64,000 nucleotides of DNA, from positions 1-64,000 of the forward strand of contig JBHGNT010000158.1 of assembly GCA_043228905.1 (NCBI GenBank). Direction: 5' to 3'. Made by a program: the position numbers and the translations under genes. The DNA comes from Azolla caroliniana (taxonomy: Eukaryota > Plantae > Polypodiophyta). A model generated the notes under the pieces. It was not told where the DNA came from. It searched no databases and was given only the letters and a program-made list of their open reading frames with translations. Positions 50,961 through 61,179 of this stretch are shown one piece after another; positions within the stretch are counted from its first letter, which is position 1, and the number at the start of each line of letters is the position of its first letter.

Positions 50961-53036
50961 TCACAAACCCAGGAACTCTGGGCAATTCATGAGTTGCTCG
51001 GTGCCTTGTGTACATTGATTCCCAATTCTCAGAGCTTTGATCTTCTCTAGATCCTCCAACATACCAGCAGTGCTACAGATATTATCCATGCAGACATAAG
51101 GCCAAGCAAACTTTTCATCCAACCGTACTGCATGTTCAAAGGCCAAGCTTGCAAGTTCCAAATTCCCCCATTTTTGACATGCACTCAGTAAAGCAAGCCA
51201 TGCAGGAAGATGATCAGTTGGTGGCATCTGTTTTATCAGTTCCACCAACTTGTCAAAGTGCCCTGAACAACCAAAGAGGTTTATCATGCAAGTGTAGTGC
51301 TCCGGATTTGGGAAGATGCCATATCTTGTGGTCATAAACTCAAAGTACATCTGACCATCGGTCACTAAACCTGAGGAGCTGCATGCAGTAAGCACAACCA
51401 TAAATGTTACGAGAGTTGGCTCTATACCATCCCTAATCATTTCCTTAAATATGTCATGAACTCTCGAATGCTCACCAAGTTGGGCATATCCAGTGATGAG
51501 TGCATTCCAAGTTACTACATTCCGAACTTGAATTTGATCAAAAACTTCTTTTGCTCTTTGAATTAACCCACATTTAGCATACATATCCACCAATGCAGTA
51601 CCAAGAGTAGTATCTTCAACTAGAAAACCTCCTCTAACAATCTCAGAATGTATCTCTTTGCCTCTCTCACCTGCTCCTATGCTACTACTAGCTTTTAGTG
51701 TACAAAGCAAGGTCACTGCATCTGGTGAGACACCCTCATCTTGCATCTTTTTGAAATAGTTCAATGCTTTTTCACCATGCCCTTGCTCACAGAATTCAGA
51801 AATTAATGCATTCCAAGAGACCACATCCCGGGCAGGAAGTCCATCAAACACTTGTTGTGCCTTTACAAGTTCACCACACTTTGCATACATTTCAACCAAC
51901 GCAGATCCAACCATGCTATTCGTCTGCAATACTCCTATCTCAATCATGCTATGTATTTCCTTTCCCTTTTGAGTGACACATAAGCTGCCACAGGCCTTGA
52001 GAATACATGAAAATGTCACGACATCTGGAGGAAAAGCCTCACATTGCATCCGTGCAAAACAGCTTAATGCTTCTATCTCATGTCCCTGTTGACAATATCC
52101 TGAAATCAGAATGTTCCAAGTTACAGCATCCCGAATGTGATGTTGATCAAAAACTTCTTGTGCCTTTAGGACAGCATGGAATTTCCCATACATATCCATC
52201 AATGCATTTCCAAGAATGATATCCTTTCCCAACAATCCTCCTCTTAGTATCTCTGCATGTATTTCTTTGGCCTTCTCAGAAGCACCTATGCTCCCACAGG
52301 CTTTCAATATGCAAGAAAACGTCACCGCATCAGGAACAAGGCCTTTGTGTTGCATATGTTCATAACACTTGAGTGCTTCATCACCATGCCCATTTTCAGC
52401 ATATCCTGAAATGAGTGCAGTCCATAAGACTAAGCTTGGATCATGGAGGTTGTCAAAAACTTTTCTTGCTTCTTCGATTGCTCCACATTTGGCATACATA
52501 TCTACCAATGCAGTGCCAAGTAAATCACTAGATTCTCCCAAAATGCCCTCTTTCACAATCTCAGAATGGATTTCGTTGCCCTTCTCAACTGCTCCTATGC
52601 TGCCACAAGCTTTCAAGGTGCACACAAAGGTTACCTCATTTGGAAGGAGGCCCTCATATTGCATTTCTTCAAAACATTTCACAGATACCTTGCCAATCCC
52701 ATATTTAGCATATCCTGCAATTAGAGCAGTCCAGGAAACTACATTCCTGACTGGAAGCTCATCAAAAACTTGTTGCGCCTTTACAAGTGACCCACATTTA
52801 ATGTACATATGAACTAAGGTATTACCTACAGAAATGTTCTTTTTAAGCAATCCCCTCTTAACAATTTCTGTGTATATTCTGGTTCCTTTGTCCAAATCCC
52901 TTTCTCTGGAACAGGCCTTGATGGAGAGCAAAAGAGCAACATGTTCTTCGAACTTGGCTGCCTTCCTACCTTTACTGCGGGGAATAGGAGGGTTCCTCTC
53001 CTCTCCACAGAAGATCGCCATACGACTCAACAACAT
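50961..53036 (-). CDS. PLS-class PPR protein with an E-type C-terminus and no DYW domain (candidate organellar RNA-editing factor)
   Basis: Repeated P-L-S motifs (NVVSWTALIAGY, VTFVCTLKACG, ALVDMYAKCG), HYTCMINLFG, WLALLSACQKWGNLELA. Confidence 0.93.
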   Translation of the reverse strand: MLLSRMAIFCGEERNPPIPRSKGRKAAKFEEHVALLLSIKACSRERDLDKGTRIYTEIVKRGLLKKNISVGNTLVHMYIKCGSLVKAQQVFDELPVRNVVSWTALIAGYAKYGIGKVSVKCFEEMQYEGLLPNEVTFVCTLKACGSIGAVEKGNEIHSEIVKEGILGESSDLLGTALVDMYAKCGAIEEARKVFDNLHDPSLVLWTALISGYAENGHGDEALKCYEHMQHKGLVPDAVTFSCILKACGSIGASEKAKEIHAEILRGGLLGKDIILGNALMDMYGKFHAVLKAQEVFDQHHIRDAVTWNILISGYCQQGHEIEALSCFARMQCEAFPPDVVTFSCILKACGSLCVTQKGKEIHSMIEIGVLQTNSMVGSALVEMYAKCGELVKAQQVFDGLPARDVVSWNALISEFCEQGHGEKALNYFKKMQDEGVSPDAVTLLCTLKASSSIGAGERGKEIHSEIVRGGFLVEDTTLGTALVDMYAKCGLIQRAKEVFDQIQVRNVVTWNALITGYAQLGEHSRVHDIFKEMIRDGIEPTLVTFMVVLTACSSSGLVTDGQMYFEFMTTRYGIFPNPEHYTCMINLFGCSGHFDKLVELIKQMPPTDHLPAWLALLSACQKWGNLELASLAFEHAVRLDEKFAWPYVCMDNICSTAGMLEDLEKIKALRIGNQCTQGTEQLMNCPEFLGL

Positions 53037-53844
53037 CTCTGTTTCAACAATATCTCTGTTTCAGCGACGTGCCCATCCATTACATACATATATATTCCAT
53101 GTGCTAATTTAGATGTAATCCTCCATAGCTAGCCCCTGATGAGATCAAACTAATGTCAGAATTAACTTACTCTATATTATGTTTTCAGATCAGATAAACA
53201 TGAAGATATACAGGACAGGGTATACACTTTCACAAGTATTACGTGAAATGTAATATTTTATGGTCTCATTATTCATAGGTCATATTTGACCTCCAAAGGC
53301 AATAATAAAATCTATCTATCTATCCATCTTAATGGATACATAAGATTAGTGGCTATATAACATGCTCTTTTATGCTTAAGGTTATGCCGCAATCATGCCC
53401 CGGCCTTACTATTCACCCCACGAGCTCATCTCTTCAATTCGCTTCTTGACTCTCCTTCTATATCCTGTCTCACCTCTCAGCTTTAGCCTTTCCCTTTGAG
53501 GATATGATGGCAAATAGACTCATTGGCAGTTGTTAGTAACTCCATTACCCACCTATTATATGCAATGGAAGAATCGTTGTTGGATCGTGTCCCAACGTTA
53601 GTACTTGGTTTGCGTTCGTTGCTTCTCATCCTTCATTCCCTTCTCATTATACACAAACACGTGGGGTGGTCATGTCTTCATCGATCCCCTAAGGCACGCT
53701 CCTTTGGTAACACATATTTTTGTCCGCATTAACATTATTTTGAATAAAAAACACTTCAATTTGGTAAGCCAAGAAGACAAGAGAGAGGCATTGGCCAATT
53801 TCCAATCATATCATAGAGTAAAAAGAACACGTTATAGGGAATTT

Positions 53845-54035
53845 GCTCAAAGAAGGTTATTTGCTTAAACGGGTTAGTCTTTTGCTTAAAGAAGGCTTAT
53901 TTTCTTAAACGGGTTTATCTTTTGCATAAAGAAGGTTATTTGCTTAAACGGGGTATTAGTTTTACTTAAAGAATGATATTTTGCTTAAACAAGGCTATTT
54001 GCTTAAATGGGGTTGTGTTTTTTTTCTTAAAGAAG
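53845..54035. repeat. About 38-bp minisatellite in the divergent PPR/SCEP1-like intergenic region
   Basis: TTGCTTAAAGAAGGTTATTTGCTTAAACGGG recurs about 5 times, ending about 70 bp before the ATG at 54104. Confidence 0.85.
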
Positions 54036-54103
54036 GATTCTTTGGATCACTAGGCTCTTGAAGCTTTCCATCGCTACACAGACGCAAGTACATCCGCTTT
54101 CGA

Positions 54104-56137
54104 ATGGAGGATCACACGATCCGAGCTCTTCGTGCTCACATCACCGGTAAGATTTCACACTCGCTGTATATGCGCAGCAGATCTATGGCTTCTTTCGATC
54201 TGGATCCCCCCTGATGTATGTACTACATACATGGGACGCATCTGATTTCCAGCCATTTTATTGATCCCTGCAGATTATGAAAACAAGGTTGCTGATGTTG
54301 GCCTCGAGCTATTCCGACAGAAGAAATCACTGGAATCGAAAGAGAAAGAGTTGAAATACGGTATGCATTCATGTTCTTGTTGGGGATCGACACACGCACG
54401 CACTCTCTCTTTCTCTCTCTCATGGCCTTTCTGTAGATCATTTCATGGTTTCTTCTTCTTCTTCTGATATTATTCTTAGACCTATACTTGTGCAGTGAAT
54501 GAAGAAACTAAACGTTTACGTTCTTGCACCGACGATGTTTTAAAGAAGATCGAGGAAGCGTCCCAAGCTCTATGGAAACAGCAGAATGCGATTGCAACAC
54601 TCCAAACAGACTCAGTTTCTCTAGCCCAGGTAAGAAACTGCATCACCTTATACCTAAACGTTTTCATCATATTTATTCTTAGAACCTGAGTGTCACTAGT
54701 ATTTTTTGCACGTCAAAGGCTCTTGACCTGTTGAAGAACGAGATTATAAAACGAACAGCAACCTCGAAGGAGACCAAGTATATTAATAGTGTTGTTTTTT
54801 TGTTATTTTCTAGTTGAAGGCCTTTATTAATATTGTCTTCTAATATTTATGTATGTATATATAGGATCGCAAACCAGAAATGCTTAGATGACCTGGTGAT
54901 GAAATCTCAGGAACACCAGGTTATATATGTCGCAACCTAATCAATTTCAGTAAATTGAAATATGCAGTTGTTTCCAGTCTATACATAAGAACGTTTCTCA
55001 GAATCTTCTGATACATTAAAGTGTGTCTTTTGTAGGCTTATTATGATTCGCTGGAAATAGTGAAGAAGATTAGAGAGGTAAATATCATAGCGGCTATGAT
55101 ATTTCAAACTAATTCTGCTATGATTTGGAAGAATAATATTGCTGAAATTTATGTTCCGACAGCTTGATAGAATGGATACGTCTCAAGCAGGTACACACAA
55201 TTTAATGTTCTAATTTCATGTATATCAGGGAGCTTTCAATCGAAACATATTTAATGTACGGTGATAATTATGGACAGATGCCAAACAGCAATGCCTCTCC
55301 ATGGATACAGATAAGAGGACGAATCAGGTTAGCAACAATGAATGGATACTGATGAGCAGACAAACGTTCTCTGCAACGTCTAATCAAATATTATATTAAA
55401 AGCCTGTGTGCACGTCATGAATCTTGATATCGATCTCAATCTTTATAACTTTTTAGCATTTACTTTGTAAAAGATGTCTCATTTCTGTCCATTTGTAATG
55501 TCCCTATATTCTGCTACTGTAATCGAAAAATCATGTGTACAGAAATCAGCAGCTTTGGAGCGTGAACTTGATGGCCTTAGAAGATCATGTCAGACGATCC
55601 AGTCTCAGATTGAAGAGGTTTTCTTTCGTTTTGAGGGGGATTTCTATGCTTTGAAAATTGTCTTCATTCGTGTCTAACCGTCCATTGGAAAAACTCACAG
55701 ACAGAAACTTGCCTGAAACAATTGTTTAGCAAATATTCAAAATCACAGGTATAATTTATATATCGTGCCAATTCTTCAAGAGCGCATCATAATTGGCGTA
55801 AATGAATACGATTACATATTATCCATTGATGACAGGAGGGGCATCAGGATGTCGAACTTGATGAACTTGCAGCAAGAGTGCAGGATATCGGAGATGAGAG
55901 GGAGAAAGAGGAAGAATACATAAAATCATTGCAGACAAGTTTAAGCCAGATTATGGTGATACATTGTGTACCTTAATAGTGTCGCTCATAATTGTTCTTC
56001 TTTGCATCTGATTTTAATAACATAAGAGATACTTCTTATGAATACAGGCCCTGAAACAACTAGTGGAATGTAGTTCTTGCGGGCACAGCTATCTTGTGAG
56101 CCTTGACAATACCCAGGAAACACCAGCTGCGATGTAA
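54104..56137 (+). CDS. SCEP1: Coiled-coil protein (276 aa, 12 exons) resembling synaptonemal-complex central element protein SCEP1 (AT1G33500-like)
   Basis: Exons 54104-54146, 54274-54360, 54496-54629, 54719-54777, 54865-54919, 55036-55077, 55163-55190, 55278-55327, 55543-55617, 55701-55748, 55836-55955 and 56048-56137 join in frame with GT-AG introns. MEDHTIRALRAHITDYE, ETKRLR, LQTDSVSLAQALDLL, EEYIKSLQ and ECSSCGHSYLVSL parallel the recalled MEEYLQYMKTLRSQMNDVE, ETKRLK, MESDSVNIAQSLELI, AEYLSSLQ and KCGCGEEYSVGL. Confidence 0.72.
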
Positions 56138-56539
56138 TAAATTACCAGCACATGTTAAGAGAACAAATGCAGAAACGAGCGTAATGTTCTTCATTGCTGA
56201 GTATAAACAATTTTGCAAGCCTTCCATATGCAGAAAATGACTAGAGGTGAAATATGATCTGTGTATACATTTGTATATAAAGTAAATAGAATGACCAAGA
56301 AAACTTTGAACATCAACTTAACTTTTAAGAACGTTTGATTTGCTGTATAAATTCTGATGTATGTAAAGACTTATTGGTTCTATCGTTTGTTAATGCATCA
56401 CATCGTCCAGGCTCTACTTGTCTATTGGGATATCAATGACTGTAGACGTAGAGGCTTATTGGGATGTTAGCGTAAGCATTGATGATCTCTTTGTTACATC
56501 CATGCTTGGCATAAGTTGTTATCACCTTGCATTCATGAT

Positions 56540-57700
56540 GTGATATTCATAATGGGCCAATTTATAATCTCTCACCATCAAAGTTGAGTCGATTTATCCA
56601 ATATTCTAAACCCTTTGATGCATGACCATCTCCTTAGTTTGGTCATGGATTATCAAGGATTGAATAAGGACATTGCTCAAAATAGACATGGTTTGCATGA
56701 TGTTCTCAAGACTTTTGGAGCATCTCAGTGGAGCCAAATAGTTCCAAAAGCTAGATCTTTGAACTGCTTATAAAGTAGTCTGAATTCATCCATGGGATGA
56801 ATGGAAGATTACTTTTTGCACTTGATATAGACATTTTAAATACATTGTAATGCCTTACAATCTCATGAAACATATAGCAAAAGATGTTTTTCGTGATTTT
56901 CGTAATATTTTCACCATATTTTGTTTAGATGACATCTCAATCTAATTGAAGACCCAAGAGGCGCATGATGTCCATGTTCATCAAGCTCTACATGCTTTGT
57001 GATAATACGGTGTCTATGCCAAACTAGAGAAGTATTGTTTCTAACTACAATCAAGTGGATATAATCTCACTAAGAGAAATCACTATGGATCTAACAAAGG
57101 TTCAAATGGTTCTAGAATGGCATAAAACATCTTCACTAAGGGATATGCAAAGTTTCCTAGAATTCACAAATTTCTATTATAATCTCATCAAGAATTACAT
57201 AAAGATTGTGTTGCCTCTCATATAGCTTACACAAAAGGATCAATCATTTGCATGGACATCCAAATTGGTAGAGGTGCTTGACAATTTAAAGAGAGTCTTC
57301 ACATTAGCCCCGATTTTGCTCCATGTTGATCTAGCCAAGCCCTTCTTCATGGATGTCTATGCATTTGATAGTATCTTGTCACAAACTATGGATCGTAGGC
57401 AATTGCATGTAATCACTTTTCAATTTTGAAAATTCATAGCGTCCAAAATCAAGGATGAAATCTGTGTCAACGAGCTTATGGCTATAGTCTATTCTTTTGA
57501 ATAGTGATGTCATTTGATGGATAGTTATCCCAATAAAATCATTATTTATAATGATTAAAGAATCTAACATACCTTTAGAATGTTCGAGTTCTAAATAAAT
57601 GACAAGCTCCTAGCACAAAGTTTCTAATGTGTTTCAAATTCTTTATTGCAACAAGGCAAACTGGATGCACAATATGAGTGCTCCTATCTGACATCTCAAA
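56540..57700 (+). mobile_element. Degraded Ty3/Gypsy RT-RNaseH remnant
   Basis: DYQGLNK, KLDL, GDEWKITF, FKYIVMP, LDDISI, YAKLEKY, APILLHVDLAKPFFMD; many stops. Confidence 0.88.
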
Positions 57701-57953
57701 CAAAAGAGTCCCTAGGTTTTACTCTCCTACAACCGACATATCTTCAATGCAATCACCAGTTTAAGCCAATGACAACATTTGCATATACGTGTTCACCCAA
57801 TGTGCATGTTGTTTGAGATCCAAGTACTCCTAGTAAAGAGATTAAAGTGTCATGTCAACCTCGTGTATTAATGACAGTTTAGAAACCTTTGGGTAGTATG
57901 AGTTGCACTAACCTTTAATTATCCACAATGACATACTACATCAGAAAATATTT

Positions 57954-58500
57954 ATCAACACTTAGCGACCACAATGGAGATGTTTAGTGTATAGCAACTA
58001 CAATGACATGACATTCACGAATTGACCAATAACACTAGCTTTTCTTTGCCAATAAGATTGGAGCACATCAACAATTGGCGACCACAATGGAGATGTTTAA
58101 TGTATAGCCATTACAATGAGATGACATTCACAAATTTACCTGTAGCACTAGGTTTTCTTTACCATTAAAAGTGTGCAAACTACATTTGTCAAATCCTACA
58201 TTAAATATGAGCCCCTAGGGGCATATCAACACTTGGCGGCCACAATGGAGATGTTTAGCGTGTAGCAACTACAATGAGATGACATTCACGAATTGATCAA
58301 TAGCACTAGGTTTTCTTTGCCAATATATTGTGCAAACTACATTTGTCTAAGGCCCTAATAGCATATCAACACTTGGCAATCACAATGGAGATGTTACTAT
58401 GTAGCAACTACAATCAGATGACATTCCCGAATTGACCAGTAACACGAGGTTTTCTCTACCAATATGATTGAGAAAACTACATTTGTCAACTCCTACATGA
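57954..58500. repeat. Tandem repeat, 4 copies, 113-158-bp period
   Basis: CACAATGGAGATGTT...ACAATGASATGACATTC at about 57970, 58083, 58241 and 58381. Confidence 0.9.
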
Positions 58501-60704
58501 ACCGTTGGGATCATTCATGCAAGTTTCCAATGTGTTGCATGTATGGCCCTAACTAAAGTCCATTTAGTAACCCACAACTTTCATGACTTAGATCCAATGT
58601 CCAAGGATAACTAGGTGTATCCAATCATAGGATAAGTAAAGAGAAGGCAACATTGGTTCACCACCTAACAATTCTATAGCTCCCATCAATCATGTAAATT
58701 TCAATCACAATCAAGAGGCCATTGGCAATCTGATGCCATGTCAATCAATGTTTCTCAAAGCGATTAGTGTGGAATACAAAAGCGATTAATGTTTTTCAAA
58801 GCAAATTTCATGTCAATATGGAATACCAGCCACTTCGCTCAAGTCAATGTCGTCAATGCCAACCTCTCAAAGCATATGGAGTTTGGCCTCTCTTGAATGG
58901 CCAAGCCATTGGCCACCAACATGCATTATCAATTACCAACCGGTTAATTTCCCACCTTCGACACACTCTATCTCGTCTTCAGACACATGTTTGATAGGAA
59001 GCCACCCATGTAAGAGGCCCATACTGCTTTTACATAGTGTAACTCTCTCACAAGATGTTGCACTCCAATTATCTCATCTAGTTTGAGGACTTGTGCCACA
59101 TTCTAGCTTAACCACGTTTGAAAGCAACGTTTAATTTAGTGACCAACGAACTCTTTTGTACCCATGTGAGCATGACAAACTTCATTACCAACATGTTTGA
59201 CTCCATGATGGAAAGGATGTTGAATTTGGACCACAACTAGTGACAGAGCCCCTTCAAAATGTACAGTCTTTCCCAAAGCATTCCCTCAATCTAAGAGCTA
59301 TGTTTCTACCAAGCTATATAATCCATTACATGCCTCACCATTAATCACTTCTCACCAACTACCAAAAGCAGCTTGAATCACTATTTATAGCTCTGGCCTT
59401 CACTCAATGAACCGTTGTGATGCTCACCCAAACAACATCTAAGGTGCAAAAATTTGAGGTTGAGCTTGCAAATCAATGAGCACCAACCCTCACAATGAGA
59501 GCTTATTTTTCGGCATCAACATACACCTCGATGCCATTTGAGATGCCACTATACCCATTGATGCCTCTACATGCAAAGGTGTAATATTCACATATTTTGG
59601 CAATGTTGACTTCCTTGTACCTACTATCGTCAAGTGACCGTTCAACCGTATGTGCACCACACCTATTGTGAGAGATATTAAAACACTCAACTCAAACATA
59701 AAATGTTCCTACATATGTTGGATTCACTATAGTTTTCATCCTCATCCAGACATATTGAAATATGATATTGACCTTATACTCGACTCTATGAGGCAAACAT
59801 TAACCATGTTATCTATCTTTCTTGTCTTAACCTAGAATTAGAGAAGTTTGACTCAAATTTAGTCAGGGGTGTATGATTCAAGCCTACGTGATGGTATCTC
59901 CAACATTTGTATTGCATTGCACTAGTATAATAATCATTTGTTTGGCATCTTTCCGCTATATGCTCATCTCTTTAAGGTTATCATTTGTCTCTTTAATTTC
60001 TTGCATCTTGTATGCATGTAGCTTCCATAAGAAGCAACTCGCCATATTGTGTACCCATGTGCCTTCAATGGATCTCAAACTTTGACTTGTGTTTCATTGA
60101 TTGCTATTGACCTCCAAATTTTTTGGTATGCTTGAATGAAAATTCTATTTCATTTCCTTCATTTTTGAGAATACCCCAACATTTTTCAGCTTCCCATATT
60201 GCCATTTTCACGTGTCATTAGCCCAACTCGAACTAACCACAAGATAAGTGTGACCTAAACTCTAAACTCAACCACTCAGGATAATTCATGATCTTCTTTG
60301 AATAGAGAAGCAACTTTTTGAACTACATTTAGTAATGAGAGCTACTTCAGTGTAGTATAAGACATGATTTCCAATCTAAGGGCATGTGAAACTTGCTAGT
60401 ATAAAAATGGAACGTGAGAAATCATCTCAGTTTCTTTCCAAGAAGGTTTGATAACAACAGATATTTCCTTTGCTTTTGGGTTTTTGAACTTCCCTTTGGT
60501 ATTACAATGCAAAATGACAATTAAATACTTGAGGTGGTTTCAGGTTTGGCAGATATTTGCAAATGGACAGACAGCCTAAGGCAAGGGCAGTTGCATTTTT
60601 ACCCCATGTTTAGTTGAGGGGTATCTATAACAAGGTAGGAAACTAGTTGATTTGCTAAATGATGGTGAAGACATTCAAACTGAGGCATCATTGGGGATCT
60701 GGTA

Positions 60705-60864
60705 TGTTACGGGCATGACCATATAATATCCACGTGTATAGAATACTACAGTAAATTCTCACCACGGGATATTATATGGTCATGCCACCCTCACACTTAT
60801 CCACGTGTATAGAATACTACGGTAAATTCTCACCACGGGATATTATATGTTCATGCCCGTAACA
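60705..60864. mobile_element. 160-bp TG...CA element with approximately 27-bp TIRs and a 5-bp TSD
   Basis: TGTTACGGGCATGACCATATAATATCC ... GGATATTATATGTTCATGCCCGTAACA (1 mismatch); TSD TGGTA at 60700-60704 and 60865-60869; internal duplication with an approximately 71-bp period. Confidence 0.85.
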
Positions 60865-61179
60865 TGGTAACCTTTACAAGTGGAAGATATTGCATTACCT
60901 TTGCACTGGGTCACCCACATAACATATTAGTTGATCCACAACCCTGTCATCTGAAAGATCCTCTTGGTCTCTCCACTCATTACTCCAACCACAAATGCTA
61001 GATCAGGTAGCAATGTATTGCACACAAACACAGCATGCTTTCCACCAAGAAAATCAATAATCTCACCTGCATCATCGAGAAACATTTACCTTTGACAACA
61101 TTGAATTGTCTACATTTTCATCAAGGGCTCCATTTTTAGCATCATTGCATAGAACTCATGAATGCTTCTAGTCTTTGTG

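Noticed and set aside
58500-60300. AT-rich stretch with short ORFs, probably decayed TE
   Set aside because: No assignable domain.
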